64,000 nt of DNA, taken from the NCBI GenBank assembly GCA_043803815.1, contig JAZDJR010000014.1, positions 1-64,000 of the forward strand, read 5' to 3'. Positions 31,079-40,994 of this stretch are shown piece by piece. Source of the stretch: Candidatus Micrarchaeota archaeon. GTDB taxonomy: Archaea > Iainarchaeota > Iainarchaeia > Iainarchaeales > JAGVWC01. The position numbers were made by a program, and so were the translations under genes. How positions within the stretch are numbered: the first letter of the stretch is position 1; each line of letters opens with the position of its first letter. The notes beneath the pieces are model-generated. The model was not told where the DNA came from. It was given only the letters and a program-made list of their open reading frames with translations, and searched no databases.

Positions 31079-32200
31079 CTAGTTTTTGCGCTGGCGCGGA
31101 ACAATTTCCTCAATGCGCGTATTGGCGATTCGTTCGATGTTTTGGATGCGCTCCAATTCCGAAACATTGGTCAAAAAAGTAATGGCAATTCCGGTTCCGC
31201 CTTTTCTCGCGGTCCTTCCGATGCGATGAATATACGTCTCGTCTTCTTCGGGTAATTCGAAATTAAACACGTGCGAAATTCCCTCGATTTGCAGTCCGCG
31301 GGCCGCCACGTTGGTCGCAATCAGCAGATTGATTTTGCCGGCTTTGAACATGGCCAAAGACCGTTCGCGCTGGGCCTGCGAAAAATCGCCGTGCATGGCA
31401 ACGCTGTTGACGCGCCGCTTGTGCAGTTCGCGCGACAGCCAGTCCACGGTTCGCTTGGTGCGGCAAAAAATAACGCATTTGGGCATTTGCTGCGTGCTGA
31501 GCAATTGCACCAAAGTGGAAACGCGCTGGCGAGTGTCCACCATGATATAATACTGCTTGATTCCTTCAACCGTCAAAGTATCCATAGACAGGTTGATTTC
31601 CGACGGGCTGTTCATAAACCTGCGCGTTATATCCTTGATTTCGCGGCTTATCGTAGCGCTGAACAGCATGGTCTGGCGCTTGCGCGGCAAAAAAGAAAGA
31701 ATGCGCTCCACGTCTTCCCGAAACCCCATTTCGAACATTTTGTCGGCTTCGTCCAGAATAACGGTTTGCACATGCGTAAAATCCAGCATATGCCGCTCGA
31801 ACAAATCAATAAGCCGTCCGGGAGTTCCGACCACAATCTGGGGCTTTTTGCGCAGTTCGTCGATTTGCATGTTAATGCTGGAACCGCCGTAAACGCAAAC
31901 CGAACGGGCGCCGCAGTGCTTTCCCAAAAGCGTGATTTCGCGGGAAACCTGCTGGCTAAGCTCGCGAACCGGAACCACGATTAAGGTACGGATATTTTTT
32001 TCCAGCGGATCCATTTTTTGAAGCAAAGGAAGCGCAAACGCCGCGGTTTTTCCCGTTCCGGTTTTGGCCTGGCCGACAATGTCTTTTCCTTCCAATGCCA
32101 AAGGAATGGTCTCGACCTGAATGTCGGTGGGCTCCGAAAAGCCGGCTTCCTTGATTCCCTGCAATACGTTTTTGTTGAATCCAAATTCGTCAAAGTTCAC
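31079..32200 (-). CDS. DEAD-box RNA helicase
   Basis: Q motif, AKTGTGKT, GTPGR, DEAD, SAT, HRIGRTAR; GTG start with GGTGA RBS. Confidence 0.95.
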   Translation of the reverse strand: MNFDEFGFNKNVLQGIKEAGFSEPTDIQVETIPLALEGKDIVGQAKTGTGKTAAFALPLLQKMDPLEKNIRTLIVVPVRELSQQVSREITLLGKHCGARSVCVYGGSSINMQIDELRKKPQIVVGTPGRLIDLFERHMLDFTHVQTVILDEADKMFEMGFREDVERILSFLPRKRQTMLFSATISREIKDITRRFMNSPSEINLSMDTLTVEGIKQYYIMVDTRQRVSTLVQLLSTQQMPKCVIFCRTKRTVDWLSRELHKRRVNSVAMHGDFSQAQRERSLAMFKAGKINLLIATNVAARGLQIEGISHVFNFELPEEDETYIHRIGRTARKGGTGIAITFLTNVSELERIQNIERIANTRIEEIVPRQRKN

Positions 32201-32313
32201 GTTTTTCACCGTTTGAAAAAACCAGAAAAAGAAATTCAAAAGAACCGGATATTTCTAATTATGGCTTTTGATTATTGAATAAATTTTTTTAACGCCCACG
32301 CCCTGTTTTTGGC

Positions 32314-32511
32314 TTACTTTTTGGAAAACCATTGAAATCCGATCAATCCGTACGCGATAACCAGTATGCCAAGCAATGCCCGGATCAACAGTTTAACGCT
32401 TCCCAACCATTCCAAAAAATCGATTCCGAAAAAATCACCCATCAATACCGCGCCGCCGATAACCGCGGCAACGGAAAGCAGCTGCATGGAAATTTTTTTG
32501 ACGGAATCCAT
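32314..32511 (-). CDS. Small two-TM membrane protein
   Basis: 65 aa, two hydrophobic helices, GGAGG RBS. Confidence 0.6.
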   Translation of the reverse strand: MDSVKKISMQLLSVAAVIGGAVLMGDFFGIDFLEWLGSVKLLIRALLGILVIAYGLIGFQWFSKK

Positions 32512-32551
32512 ACAAAAATTACCTCCTTTGGATATAAAAATAAAACGGTTG

Positions 32552-33160
32552 CTAGCGGCTTAATTTTTCCCGCATCCGCGCCAAAGTGCCGTTGATTTCT
32601 TCGGCTTCCAAAACCGCTTTTTTAAACTGGGGGGTCTGGGACACTCCTTTGCATTGCTCAAGGTCCAATAAAGAAGCCTTTAACGAAACGATTTCAAGCT
32701 TCAAATCGCGCGTCAAAGTCATCAGCAGTTCCCCGAGCTTTTCATTGTCGTTTTTGAGCTCTTTTTCGAATTTTCGCCGTTCCGTCAAATCCCGAAATCC
32801 CACATACAATCCGGCGATTTTTCCTTCCATGCGGATTTCCGTGGCGTTTAATTCGTAATGCAATTTGTCCCCCGCTTTGGTCATGGCTTCGATTTCAAAC
32901 GGCGGGCTGGCCGTGCCTGCCATATGCATCAAAAATTTTTCAATGCAAACAGCCCTGCTTTTCAAAGTCAGCAGCCCCGATTCGAAAAATTTTTTCCCGA
33001 CAAGCTCTTTTTTTGAATAACCCGTGACTTCTTCCAGGCGCTTATTCACCAGCAAAAACCGGCCGTCAAAATCGAGCAATGCCTTGGGGTCCAGGGTGTT
33101 CTCGAAAAAAAACAAGGGGTCTTTTTCCACCAGTTTTGAAACATCCGGCTTTTCGGGCAT
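32552..33160 (-). CDS. PAS-domain protein with C-terminal coiled coil
   Basis: DGRFLLVN..EEVTGYSKKELVGK and RDLTERR PAS/PAC signatures. Confidence 0.85.
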   Translation of the reverse strand: MPEKPDVSKLVEKDPLFFFENTLDPKALLDFDGRFLLVNKRLEEVTGYSKKELVGKKFFESGLLTLKSRAVCIEKFLMHMAGTASPPFEIEAMTKAGDKLHYELNATEIRMEGKIAGLYVGFRDLTERRKFEKELKNDNEKLGELLMTLTRDLKLEIVSLKASLLDLEQCKGVSQTPQFKKAVLEAEEINGTLARMREKLSR

Positions 33161-33331
33161 TGATTGCAATAACGGCGACAGGCTATTTATGGTTTTCGAA
33201 TCGATTTCATCGGCAATGTTCAGCCTTCAAGAATTTAAAATCGGTTTTGGCGCTTTTTTGAAATGCAACACGGTATCGGTTCAAAATAACAATAAAAAAA
33301 TAGACAAAATAATTTTTGACTTGAAAAACCA

Positions 33332-33403
33332 CGCCGCTTCCGGGAGTTGAACCCGGCCCTCACCCGTGACAGGGGTGCATCCTAACCGATAGACGAAAGC
33401 AGC
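33332..33403 (-). tRNA. tRNA-Asp(GTC)
   Basis: Cloverleaf GCTGCTT/AAGCGGC, anticodon loop CT-GTC-AC, GTTCAAC T-loop. Confidence 0.92.
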
Positions 33404-33536
33404 AATGCTAAAAGTAACAAATTTTGGCGTAAAAGGTTTTTAAGCCAATCCTGCAAAGCAGCCTTTTGCTAGCGCAAAAGCCTGGGGAAAAAAGCCTTCG
33501 GCAACAACCTTTTGCTGGCCAAAAGCGGGGGAAAAA

Positions 33537-34673
33537 TTACTGCGGTTTTTTGAAAACCACGACCGCATCCTTGGTTTGCCCCGTCTTAAAGCTTCGATCC
33601 GCATGGCACCAGATTTTTCTGGCGGTAATATTTTTCACAAGTTCAAACCCTTCGGTTGCCGCGATTTTTTCCAGGTACTCGTCCGATTGCACGGGGCCGT
33701 GCGGCAGGCAGCCGCCAGCAATATTAAACACGCAGACTCCGCCGGGCCTGATTGCGGGAAACAAATTGTTCAAAACTTTTTTCAAATCCAAAAAATACGC
33801 CTGGCCGATTAGCGGCAGTTCCGCAAACTCGGCCACGGGTTCCATGTTCGGGTTGTCCCCGACAAACGCGCGCAACCGCGTCTCCTGATAACCGAAAAAC
33901 AAGCCCAGTTCGAGCTTGTAAACGCTGGTGTATTCGATTTTGTTCAAATAGGGCGGTGAAGTAATCACCGAACCGATGGATTCGGGTTCAAGCGCTATCC
34001 TGCGGCAATCCTCGTTCCATACGGCGGGCTCTTTTGCAAAGCCGGTTTTGGAATCGTCCAGATTAAATTTCGTTGATTTCAAATCCGCGGCCATTTTGGT
34101 TATTTTTCCCAAAAAAAGCTTGGCTACGGGCATGTCGGGTTTTTTTTGCTTGCGCAAACTGCCGCCGACCTTGACCACGTTAGCCACCCTTCCCGTGGTG
34201 TCGATTAAGGCCAGCAAAAACAACTCGCGGATTTTTTCATCCAGAATTTGCTCGATTTGCGTTTTATAAAACCACACCGTTTCCAAGGCGGAATGGTAAA
34301 ACAGTTTTCTAATGCGCGGATCCACGGGAATTTTTTCAATCGGTTCGGGCTTTAATCCCCGCAGTTTTTCAAGTTCCGAACCGATTTTTTCCAAATCATA
34401 ATTTCGCGTCTTTGCGCGGCTTGCCAGGCACGCCAAAGGCGAAACATCCGTTCCCATGGATTCGATTCCTTTTTTTTTGCACGCGACCAAAGTGGTTCCG
34501 ACTCCGCAAAACGGGTCGAACACGGGCCCCTTTAACTGGAATTTTTTTAGGCACCAGTTCACAAACTCCTCGGAATAACCCTCCTTGTAATACAGCCAGT
34601 TATGAATCGGCTTGTCCTTATTCGGGACAAAAGTAACCCAGTCGGCAAGTCTAGCTTCGATATTTTCGGCCAT
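33537..34673 (-). CDS. DNA amino-methyltransferase (probably m4C, alpha motif order)
   Basis: DPFCGVGTT (motif I) precedes TSPPY (motif IV); no adjacent endonuclease. Confidence 0.85.
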   Translation of the reverse strand: MAENIEARLADWVTFVPNKDKPIHNWLYYKEGYSEEFVNWCLKKFQLKGPVFDPFCGVGTTLVACKKKGIESMGTDVSPLACLASRAKTRNYDLEKIGSELEKLRGLKPEPIEKIPVDPRIRKLFYHSALETVWFYKTQIEQILDEKIRELFLLALIDTTGRVANVVKVGGSLRKQKKPDMPVAKLFLGKITKMAADLKSTKFNLDDSKTGFAKEPAVWNEDCRRIALEPESIGSVITSPPYLNKIEYTSVYKLELGLFFGYQETRLRAFVGDNPNMEPVAEFAELPLIGQAYFLDLKKVLNNLFPAIRPGGVCVFNIAGGCLPHGPVQSDEYLEKIAATEGFELVKNITARKIWCHADRSFKTGQTKDAVVVFKKPQ

Positions 34674-34757
34674 ATTTTTTTCCGCAACCGCCTGTTTTTT
34701 TAGTAACCAATATTGGAACGATTATGTTTTTATTGCCCAAAAACCTCAATTAACCCT

Positions 34758-36284
34758 ATGGTTGCCGAATCCAATCCCTTAATGGTCATCGGAATAATTC
34801 TGGTGTTCAGCTGGGTTTTAAGCTTTTTTTTCAAAAGAATCGGCCAAAATCCCGTGGTCGGATTTATCGTTTCGGGGTTTTTGCTCGGGCCCTTTGTATT
34901 CCACATTTTAACACCCGAAACTCCCCTGGTTCAGGCGTTTTCCGAACTTGGGCTGTTTGTTCTTTTGTTTTATCTTGGAATCGAATTGTCGTTTCGCGAC
35001 TTTGTCAAAGCGGGCGTTCCCACTTTGGGCCTTGCCCTGGCGGACATGTCGGTTTGTTTTCTTGCGGGCTTTTTAATCGCTTTAATGGCTGGCTTTTCCC
35101 TTCTTTTTTCCGCCGCCGTCGGACTTATGATGTTTTCTACTTCCAGTGCCATTGTAGGCAAATTTTTGGTGGATCGCGGCCTGATACGAAAAAAATCCTC
35201 GCAAATGGCCTTAGCGATTTTGATTCTGCAGGACTTTTTGGGAATCTTGGTGCTCGTTTTCATTTCAAGCGTTTCCAGTTCCGGTTCCGCACTGGACTTG
35301 GCCCTGACCGCGGTCGTGTTTGCCGGAGTATCCTTTTATGCGGTGCACCGATTGTCCAAATTCGTTGAAACATACTTCGAGCGCTATCATCTCGGAGCAA
35401 CCGAACTGACCGTGTACGCTCTCGCCGTTGCTTTGGTCGTATCCGCCTTGGGAAGCTTTCTGAAACTTAATCCCGCATTGGGCGCGTATTTTGCCGGATT
35501 TGCCCTGTCGGAACTGTCGGTCGGCGAAAAAGTCAAGGAACAAATCGGGTTTTCGCGCGACTTTTTCCTGATGTTTTTTTTCGTTTCTTTTGGCGCGAGC
35601 CTGTTTTACAATTCCGTTTCCCAAACCATCACGTTTCCGGCCATCGACCAGCTCGTGTTCCTAGTCGGACTTTCCATTGTCCTTGGAATCGTGAGCATTA
35701 TTGTCCACGGCGTGGTACTGACCATGATGGGGCCTTTGTTCAACATTTCCAACCGCGAATCCAGCGAAATGGCGATTCTGCTTTCTCCACTCGGAGAATT
35801 CGTCATCATCATCGCGATTTCAATCATCCCGATTCTTGCGGTAACGGAATCGCTTTCTCTTGCGCCGATTGCATTCCTGCTTATTTTGGCTACACTTTTG
35901 ATTTTCCAGCCGCTCTACAACCACCTGAACTGGCACGATCGAATAACCCAAAAAATTCCCGCGTTTGCCTCGCGCGTCCACACCGAACAGCCCAAAACAG
36001 AACATTCCAGCGAAAGCATCCAATGGCTAAAAACGCTTGCCAAAAACCTGCTGCTTTTAGTCTGCCTGGCCTGGCTGACCCTGCAATTATACCGCGCCAT
36101 CCCGACAATCGGAATTCCGATTCCTTTCAGCCGCGAAATATTCACCGTTTTGGTATTCGCGTTTTTCGCGTACATTCCCGTGTCGCGTTCCTTGCGCGCA
36201 TTCCGCAAAATCATCCACGCCGCACAGCCAAGCCATTACCACCATCACGGCAAAGTCCTGCACAGCCGCCTGAAAAACTTTTAG
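34758..36284 (+). CDS. Cation:proton antiporter (CPA2/Kef-like)
   Basis: GFLLGP, ELGLFVLLFYLGIE, STSSAIV, LILQD, GAYFAG and GEF motifs; many TMs. Confidence 0.88.
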   Translation: MVAESNPLMVIGIILVFSWVLSFFFKRIGQNPVVGFIVSGFLLGPFVFHILTPETPLVQAFSELGLFVLLFYLGIELSFRDFVKAGVPTLGLALADMSVCFLAGFLIALMAGFSLLFSAAVGLMMFSTSSAIVGKFLVDRGLIRKKSSQMALAILILQDFLGILVLVFISSVSSSGSALDLALTAVVFAGVSFYAVHRLSKFVETYFERYHLGATELTVYALAVALVVSALGSFLKLNPALGAYFAGFALSELSVGEKVKEQIGFSRDFFLMFFFVSFGASLFYNSVSQTITFPAIDQLVFLVGLSIVLGIVSIIVHGVVLTMMGPLFNISNRESSEMAILLSPLGEFVIIIAISIIPILAVTESLSLAPIAFLLILATLLIFQPLYNHLNWHDRITQKIPAFASRVHTEQPKTEHSSESIQWLKTLAKNLLLLVCLAWLTLQLYRAIPTIGIPIPFSREIFTVLVFAFFAYIPVSRSLRAFRKIIHAAQPSHYHHHGKVLHSRLKNF

Positions 36285-36290
36285 ACTTTT

Positions 36291-37250
36291 TCAGGACTGT
36301 TTTTTTCCCAAACGGACCGCAAGCCTGACCAGCATGTCCTTGGTCATGGCAGTCAAATCATAGCTCGGCTTCCAGTCCCATTCGCTTCTCGCGCAGGAAT
36401 CGTCCAACGAAGCAGGCCAGGAATCGGCAATCGCCTGGCGAAAATCCGGCTTGTATGTTATTGCAAATTCGGGAACGTGCTTTTGGATTTCGGCAGCCAA
36501 TTGTTCCGGCGCAAAACTCATGGCATTCACGTTAAAGTCCGCATGACGCTTTAATTTGGAAACCGGCGCATCGGCCAGGTCCATGAGCGCTTTAAGGGCA
36601 TCCGGCATGTACATCATGGGTAAAAAAGTCCCTTTTTGCAAAAAGCACTCGTATTTTTTGCTTTGAATCGCTTCGTAAAAAATCGCGACCGCATAATCCG
36701 TAGTGCCGCCGCCGGGCAAAGCTTCCGAAGAAATGATTCCGGGAAAACGCACCCCGCGCACATCCAGGCCGTATTTGTGAAAATAATACGTTCCCAATAA
36801 TTCGCCCGCAACCTTGGTCGCGCCGTACATGGTGGACGGATGCAAAACCGCATCGTTGGACGTGTTTTTTTTTGGCGCGTCGGAGCCGTACACCGCCATG
36901 GAACTCGGAATCATTATCCTTTCGAGCTTGAACTCGCGGCCGACTTCAAGGACATTGTACGTTCCCGTCATGTTGACGTGGTAGGCCGCCTGCGGGTTTT
37001 GCTCCCCTTTGGCCGAAATAATCGCGGCCATGTGATAAATTGTATCAATGCCGTTTTTGCGCACGATTTTTTCCAAATCCTCTTTTCGGGTCACGTCGCC
37101 AAACACCACGGGCCCTTCTCCCAAGTCAACGCCTTTGGTATTCATATGGCCCATGGCAAAAACATTTTCATTTCCGAATTTTTTTCGCAACGCGGGAACC
37201 AGTTCCGAGCCGATTTGGCCAAACGCGCCCGTAACCAGGATTCTTTTCAT
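36291..37250 (-). CDS. SDR-type L-threonine 3-dehydrogenase / NAD-dependent epimerase
   Basis: TGAFGQIG, YGATK, PGGGTTDYAV, PMMYMPD and RQAIADSWP. Confidence 0.88.
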   Translation of the reverse strand: MKRILVTGAFGQIGSELVPALRKKFGNENVFAMGHMNTKGVDLGEGPVVFGDVTRKEDLEKIVRKNGIDTIYHMAAIISAKGEQNPQAAYHVNMTGTYNVLEVGREFKLERIMIPSSMAVYGSDAPKKNTSNDAVLHPSTMYGATKVAGELLGTYYFHKYGLDVRGVRFPGIISSEALPGGGTTDYAVAIFYEAIQSKKYECFLQKGTFLPMMYMPDALKALMDLADAPVSKLKRHADFNVNAMSFAPEQLAAEIQKHVPEFAITYKPDFRQAIADSWPASLDDSCARSEWDWKPSYDLTAMTKDMLVRLAVRLGKKQS

Positions 37251-37331
37251 TCCATCACAGTTCAATATCGGGGGATTTGGGTTAAATAGCCTTTTGGCGA
37301 AAAAAAACCAAAAGTCGGGAAGTGACGAAAA

Positions 37332-37982
37332 TCAGTCCTGAATCCTGCCGTTTTTTTGGAACGCATAATACGAATAACCGAACGAACCGGCAACAATACA
37401 GGCAATGGACAGGCCAAACCAAATCCAAAACTGATTTGGCCAAACCAAAATCGGCAAAACCAGCACTGCGGCCAGCCAAAAAACGGTTCTGGCAAACTTG
37501 TGCGTCTGGTCCCAGACTTTTTCGCTTGCCAAAGTCCACGGCGTCCGTATTCCTACAAAATAATTGCGCTTAAACGACGGCGACAAATAACCGATAACAA
37601 AAAAAAGCAGGGCCAAGCCCGGAACCATAAAATAATTCATGTTAAATTCAAAGCCGAGATTGAACAGCAAAGTCACGGCAAAAACCGCGCCTAAAAAAAG
37701 CTCGATTACCAAACCCAGCAGCCAGTATTGTGCCTCGAATTTTTTCAGGTTTTTTTGGTACACTTCGATTTTTGGAATCAGTAAAAAAACTATGAACGCA
37801 ACCAGCATGACAACGGGAAGAATAAACGCGGCCGTTAAGGGCGAACCAAAACCGTTGGCTTGTCCAGCTGCGTTCCAGTGAATCGCCACTTTTTCAGGCA
37901 GCAATGGCAAAGCCCAAAATCCCGCGATAAAAGAAAGTACGACTAATAGTCCTGCCAGTATCTTTGGAATTCTTTTTTGCAT
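37332..37982 (-). CDS. SdpI family / DUF1648 membrane protein
   Basis: LPEKVAIHWNAAGQANG and NYFVGIRTPWTLASEKVWDQTH. Confidence 0.88.
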   Translation of the reverse strand: MQKRIPKILAGLLVVLSFIAGFWALPLLPEKVAIHWNAAGQANGFGSPLTAAFILPVVMLVAFIVFLLIPKIEVYQKNLKKFEAQYWLLGLVIELFLGAVFAVTLLFNLGFEFNMNYFMVPGLALLFFVIGYLSPSFKRNYFVGIRTPWTLASEKVWDQTHKFARTVFWLAAVLVLPILVWPNQFWIWFGLSIACIVAGSFGYSYYAFQKNGRIQD

Positions 37983-38022
37983 AACGAATACACGGCAAAA
38001 CAGCGTAAATAGCTTTCGAAAT

Positions 38023-38319
38023 TTACTGTTTGGCAATCGTGCCGGCTTTTCCCGTGGAAATCTGCTTTTCGCCCTTGTATTCCGAGCACCAGCCGTTTTC
38101 AATGGTTATGGTGTCGCCTTCGTTGTACTGGTTCACCTGGTCGTTCCACAAGGTCAGGGAAATCTCGCCGGAATCGTCTTTAACCGCCGCTTTGCAAAGT
38201 TTTCCCTCGCCGCGGCTAGACGCAAAAGGGCGGGGCTCTCCTTTGGATACCAGTTCAACCACGACTTTTGAAAACGTCTGGTTAACCTGCAGTTCTTTTA
38301 CTTTTTGAATTTCAGCCAT
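38023..38319 (-). CDS. Single OB-fold ssDNA-binding protein
   Basis: DDSGEISLTLWND, GDTITIENGW, YKGEKQI OB-fold motifs. Confidence 0.85.
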   Translation of the reverse strand: MAEIQKVKELQVNQTFSKVVVELVSKGEPRPFASSRGEGKLCKAAVKDDSGEISLTLWNDQVNQYNEGDTITIENGWCSEYKGEKQISTGKAGTIAKQ

Positions 38320-38439
38320 AACAAATCAGAATTATTTGCCAGCCAAACCGTTATAAATTAATCCTTGCCAACCAAACCCAAAAAAAGCAACCAAAAGGCG
38401 ATTTTTCAAATCAAACGCTTATTTTTGAATTTCAAATCT

Positions 38440-39786
38440 TTATTTTTTGGCTTTGGATTTTACTGTTTTTTTAACCGTTTTTTTCGCGGGTTTTTTCGCC
38501 TTCGCTTTTGGTGTTGCTATTGAAACGTGCTTTCCGATTTCAGTCTGGCCGTCCATGTACGGCTGCAAAACTTTTGGAATCTTGATGTTTCCGCTTTCGG
38601 TCTGGTAAGTTTCCAAAAGCGCTATCATTAACCGCGAAGTCGCAAGGCCCGAACCGTTTAACGTGTGGCAAAAAATCGTTTCGTTTTGCCGCTTAAACTT
38701 GGTATTCATGCGCCTGCCTTGGAAATCCGTGCAATTCGAAATCGAACTGCATTCCAGGTACTTATCCATTGCCGGAGCGTACACTTCCAAATCATACGTT
38801 TTCGCGGACGCGATTCCCATGTCACCCGACGCCAATAATTTGGTTCGGTAATGCAAGCCCAGTTTTTCAAGCAATTGTTCGCCGTAACCGCGCATTTCCT
38901 CGTGCAGTTTCCACGATTCTTCCGGCGTGCAGATAAAAACCATTTCGACTTTGTCAAACTGGTGCAGGCGAAAAATTCCCGGGGTTTCCGCTCCGTGCTT
39001 TCCCGCTTCGGTTCGAAAACACGCGGTAAAACTGCAAAACTTTTTCGGCAAATCCTTTTCTTCCAGGGTTTCGTTCGCGAACAGGTTCGTGACAGGCACT
39101 TCGGCTGTCGGAATCAGGTAAAAACCGTCCGTGGTCTTGTACAGGTCTTTTTCAAACTTGGGCAGGTTTCCCGTTCCAAATGCGGTTTTCTCGTTCACCA
39201 AAAACGGAACGCTCACTTCTTCCAACCCGTTTTTTCTGTGGCAATCCAGAAAAAAATTAATCAACGCGCGCTCCAATCGTGCCAAATCTTTTCGAAAAAC
39301 AAAAAATCCCGCCCCCGCGATTTTGGCCGCGCGCGTCATGTCCAGCATTTCCAAGGCGTTCGCCAGCTCGTGGTGCTGCTTTGGAACAAAATCAAATGCG
39401 GGTTTTTTTCCGCTTTCTTTTACGATTTGAAAATTTTCCTCTCCGCCGGACGGAACGCTTTCATGCGGAATATTGGGCAGGCGCTGGAGCAAAAAATCCC
39501 TGCGCTCCAAAAACGAGCCGGTTTCGACTTCGGTTTTCGCGATTTCCCGCGGCAATTCCCGAGCTTGTTTCAGCAATTCTTCAATCGATTTTCCCGCTTT
39601 TTTGGCTTCTTTGATTTCAATGGTAATCTTGTTCCGCTTGTTCCGCAACTGGTCTTCCATGGACTTGGATTCCCTCCATTTTTGGTCAAATTCCATTAAC
39701 TCGTCAACGGATACCTCGCTTTGGCGCTTTTGCATCGCTTGCCTGACCAGTTCAGTCTTTTCGCGGATTAAATGAATATCCAGCAT
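38440..39786 (-). CDS. serS: Serine--tRNA ligase
   Basis: LIPTAEVP, FRTEAG, RLHQFDKVE, SNCTDFQ and HTLNGSG. Confidence 0.96.
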   Translation of the reverse strand: MLDIHLIREKTELVRQAMQKRQSEVSVDELMEFDQKWRESKSMEDQLRNKRNKITIEIKEAKKAGKSIEELLKQARELPREIAKTEVETGSFLERRDFLLQRLPNIPHESVPSGGEENFQIVKESGKKPAFDFVPKQHHELANALEMLDMTRAAKIAGAGFFVFRKDLARLERALINFFLDCHRKNGLEEVSVPFLVNEKTAFGTGNLPKFEKDLYKTTDGFYLIPTAEVPVTNLFANETLEEKDLPKKFCSFTACFRTEAGKHGAETPGIFRLHQFDKVEMVFICTPEESWKLHEEMRGYGEQLLEKLGLHYRTKLLASGDMGIASAKTYDLEVYAPAMDKYLECSSISNCTDFQGRRMNTKFKRQNETIFCHTLNGSGLATSRLMIALLETYQTESGNIKIPKVLQPYMDGQTEIGKHVSIATPKAKAKKPAKKTVKKTVKSKAKK

Positions 39787-40021
39787 GTCCAACACTATGT
39801 TCCCTAAGCCATTTTAACCTTTGGCACCCTCGAGAGTGTCAAATACAAAAAGCCCTTAAACAAACCAAAAGGGGCTTTTTGTTATTGCGAAACAAGGCCA
39901 ATCAGGGGTTTTGCGGCTAAAACGAGGGTTTAACTACTTTTTGAAGACAAGGTATTCAAGGCGATAGTAAGACTAGGTTCTAGTTGTTTTTTCGCCAAAA
40001 ACAAAAAAGGAGTAAGTAAGA

Positions 40022-40189
40022 ATGGCTTTCCAACCACGCGGCTCATTTGGCGGCGGTGCAGGCGGAGATCGGCAAATGTTCGATGTCACCTGTTCAGATT
40101 GCGGACAACCCACTCAAGTCCCCTTCAAACCGACCGACGGACGACCCGTATATTGCAGAAATTGCTACCAAAAACACAAACGATACTAA
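40022..40189 (+). CDS. CxxC-x17-CxxC zinc-ribbon protein (55 aa, absent from the ORF track)
   Basis: Own translation: MAFQPRGSFGGGAGGDRQMFDVTCSDCGQPTQVPFKPTDGRPVYCRNCYQKHKRY; AGGAG RBS upstream. Confidence 0.9.
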   Translation: MAFQPRGSFGGGAGGDRQMFDVTCSDCGQPTQVPFKPTDGRPVYCRNCYQKHKRY

Positions 40190-40282
40190 ATCGTTTTTGG
40201 GTAACAACTCTAAAAAATTCACTGTATTTTTCTAATTTTTATTATTTTTTTTCCCGAAGCATCGCTTTAAACCAAAAACAGC

Positions 40283-40311
40283 CCGCTTGCCCCATTACGT
40301 GGGGCGAGCGG
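40283..40311. terminator. GC-rich 12-bp hairpin between convergent genes
   Basis: CCGCTTGCCCCA-TTACG-TGGGGCGAGCGG; terminator role is inferred from position only. Confidence 0.4.
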
Positions 40312-40348
40312 CGGGAACACGGATAGTTCCGGATTTTGACAATTGTTT

Positions 40349-40630
40349 TTACCGCTTGTAAATATTGTCGTGATGGTCAAAGCGGTCAAACAGGATGAAT
40401 TTTTCTTTTTTGGATACCTTAAATAGCAGGACAAAATTGCGTGCGATGTGCACCCGCTTGTATTCGCTTAAATCGTGCTTGAGATTCTTGTAATGGTCAA
40501 TGGTGGCATCGTCGCTGGCGATTATCTGCCGGATTTTCTTGTTAATCGCATCCGCCATCGCGGGGTCCCGCTTGGCCAAAAGGCGAACGGCATCCTTTAA
40601 TTCGTCGGACAAATCAAAAGAAAACGGCAT
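40349..40630 (-). CDS. RelE/YafQ-like type II toxin
   Basis: HYKNLKHDLSEYKRVHI..FVLLF..FDHHDNIY. Confidence 0.85.
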   Translation of the reverse strand: MPFSFDLSDELKDAVRLLAKRDPAMADAINKKIRQIIASDDATIDHYKNLKHDLSEYKRVHIARNFVLLFKVSKKEKFILFDRFDHHDNIYKR

Positions 40631-40631
40631 C

Positions 40632-40895
40632 TTATTGCCCCGCAGTCAACCGGTCCAGCTCGTCCAAAGTCATTTTCCGAAAGCCGTATTTTTTGATGTG
40701 CCGCGCGCAGGAAGCGATGACTTCTTTAACGACTTCTTCCTTGACTTCGCGCTCCACAAACTCGTCGCCGCACAGCTCGGCAAACTTGTCGAGAGCCTTT
40801 CCCTTGTCCTTTAAGCCGTACTTTTCCTTGACCACCCCGACCACGCGGTTGGTATACTCGCTTACCGTCACGTTCATCGTCACCGTCTTACCCAT
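40632..40895 (-). CDS. DUF2683-like antitoxin
   Basis: VSEYTNRVVGVVKEKYGLKDK motif; directly upstream of the toxin. Confidence 0.75.
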   Translation of the reverse strand: MGKTVTMNVTVSEYTNRVVGVVKEKYGLKDKGKALDKFAELCGDEFVEREVKEEVVKEVIASCARHIKKYGFRKMTLDELDRLTAGQ

Positions 40896-40994
40896 ATTAG
40901 TTCACCTAATATAAACTTAGTCCGACTAATTTAAAAATATTCGGTCGGTTAACACCAAAAAGCTTCAAAAACCGGAAAAACGACAAAATGGGTG

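Noticed and set aside
39845-39882. Inverted repeat ACAAAAAGCCC/GGGCTTTTTGT upstream of serS
   Set aside because: Single occurrence in a divergent promoter region; function cannot be supported.
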